Positions 63,512 through 64,000 of a stretch of DNA of 64,000 bases are shown here, one piece after another. Both the position numbers and the translations under genes were made by a program. The DNA comes from Clostridiales bacterium. GTDB taxonomy: Bacteria > Bacillota > Clostridia > Christensenellales > UBA1242. Location: assembly GCA_015069395.1 (NCBI GenBank), contig SVIR01000001.1, forward strand, positions 105,188-169,187. Direction: 5' to 3'. Each line of letters starts with the position of its first letter. Within the stretch, counting starts at the first letter, position 1. The notes beneath the pieces were generated by a model. The model was not told the DNA's origin and searched no databases. It worked only from the letters and a program-made list of their open reading frames with translations.

Positions 63512-64000
63512 ATGAATTTAGCAGAAATTATAAAGAGTCAAGAGTTTTTTAAAAATCTTATTCAAAAAAAACAAGAGGGCACAATATCAAACGCCCTAAT
63601 GTTTTTGTGTGAGGACGAATATACAAGCAAGCCGGCGTTGATTTTGTCGGCTTTAATGCTTCAGTACAAAACCTTTGAACTTTTTAATGAAAACAGTGCA
63701 GAATTTAAAAAACTCGAGCAGGGGACTGACTTAGACATAAAGGTTTATCCAAAAAATCAACTCAAACTTTTGGTGGGGGATTCAAACGAAATTGTTTCAG
63801 AGGCTTATATCAAGCCAGTAAATTTGCCATATAAGATTTTTATAATTCATAATATTGACAAGTCTACTGACGAAGCCCAAAACAAGTTGTTGAAGGTTTT
63901 GGAAGAGCCTCCTCAAAATGTCTATTTTTTGCTGAGTGCAAAAAGTTTTGAACGAGTATTGCCAACGATCAGAAGTCGTTGTGAAAGAATAAGGGTTTTT
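63512..64000 (+). CDS. holB: DNA polymerase III delta' subunit, partial
   Basis: Manual translation MNLAEIIKSQ...ISNALMF...YKIFIIHNIDKSTDEAQNKLLKVLEEPPQNVYFLL...VLPTIRSRC. Runs off the window end. Confidence 0.88.
   Translation, partial: MNLAEIIKSQEFFKNLIQKKQEGTISNALMFLCEDEYTSKPALILSALMLQYKTFELFNENSAEFKKLEQGTDLDIKVYPKNQLKLLVGDSNEIVSEAYIKPVNLPYKIFIIHNIDKSTDEAQNKLLKVLEEPPQNVYFLLSAKSFERVLPTIRSRCERIRVF

Overview
AT-rich chromosomal segment of a Firmicute, most likely an uncultured gut Clostridia-type organism that retains sporulation genes (yabP-yabQ). It uses the standard genetic code. I saw no mobile elements, prophage, CRISPR array or rRNA. Housekeeping genes (aspS, mscL, tRNA-Ala, pflB-pflA, an RluA-family synthase, typA, dnaB, gltX, trpS, uppP, a Ca-type P-ATPase and partial holB) alternate with accessory loci. 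The main finding is a tightly coupled 7-gene operon at 8595-15270, bounded by its own promoter and by terminators. It encodes an SPFH/double-Zn-ribbon protein, a single-TM protein, a small TPR protein, two tandem Snf7/Vps2-like ESCRT-III coiled-coil proteins, a Vps4/CdvC-like AAA ATPase with an MIT-like N-terminus, and a membrane-anchored Zn-ribbon-TPR protein whose TIR-like domain lacks the catalytic Glu. Together these form a candidate bacterial ESCRT-III/Vps4 membrane-remodelling system. Two giant surface proteins (a 3694-aa lipoprotein and a 5981-aa TM-anchored GLUG/YDG/B-repeat protein) occupy about 29 kb. All family assignments come from motifs recognised by eye, and no database searches were run.
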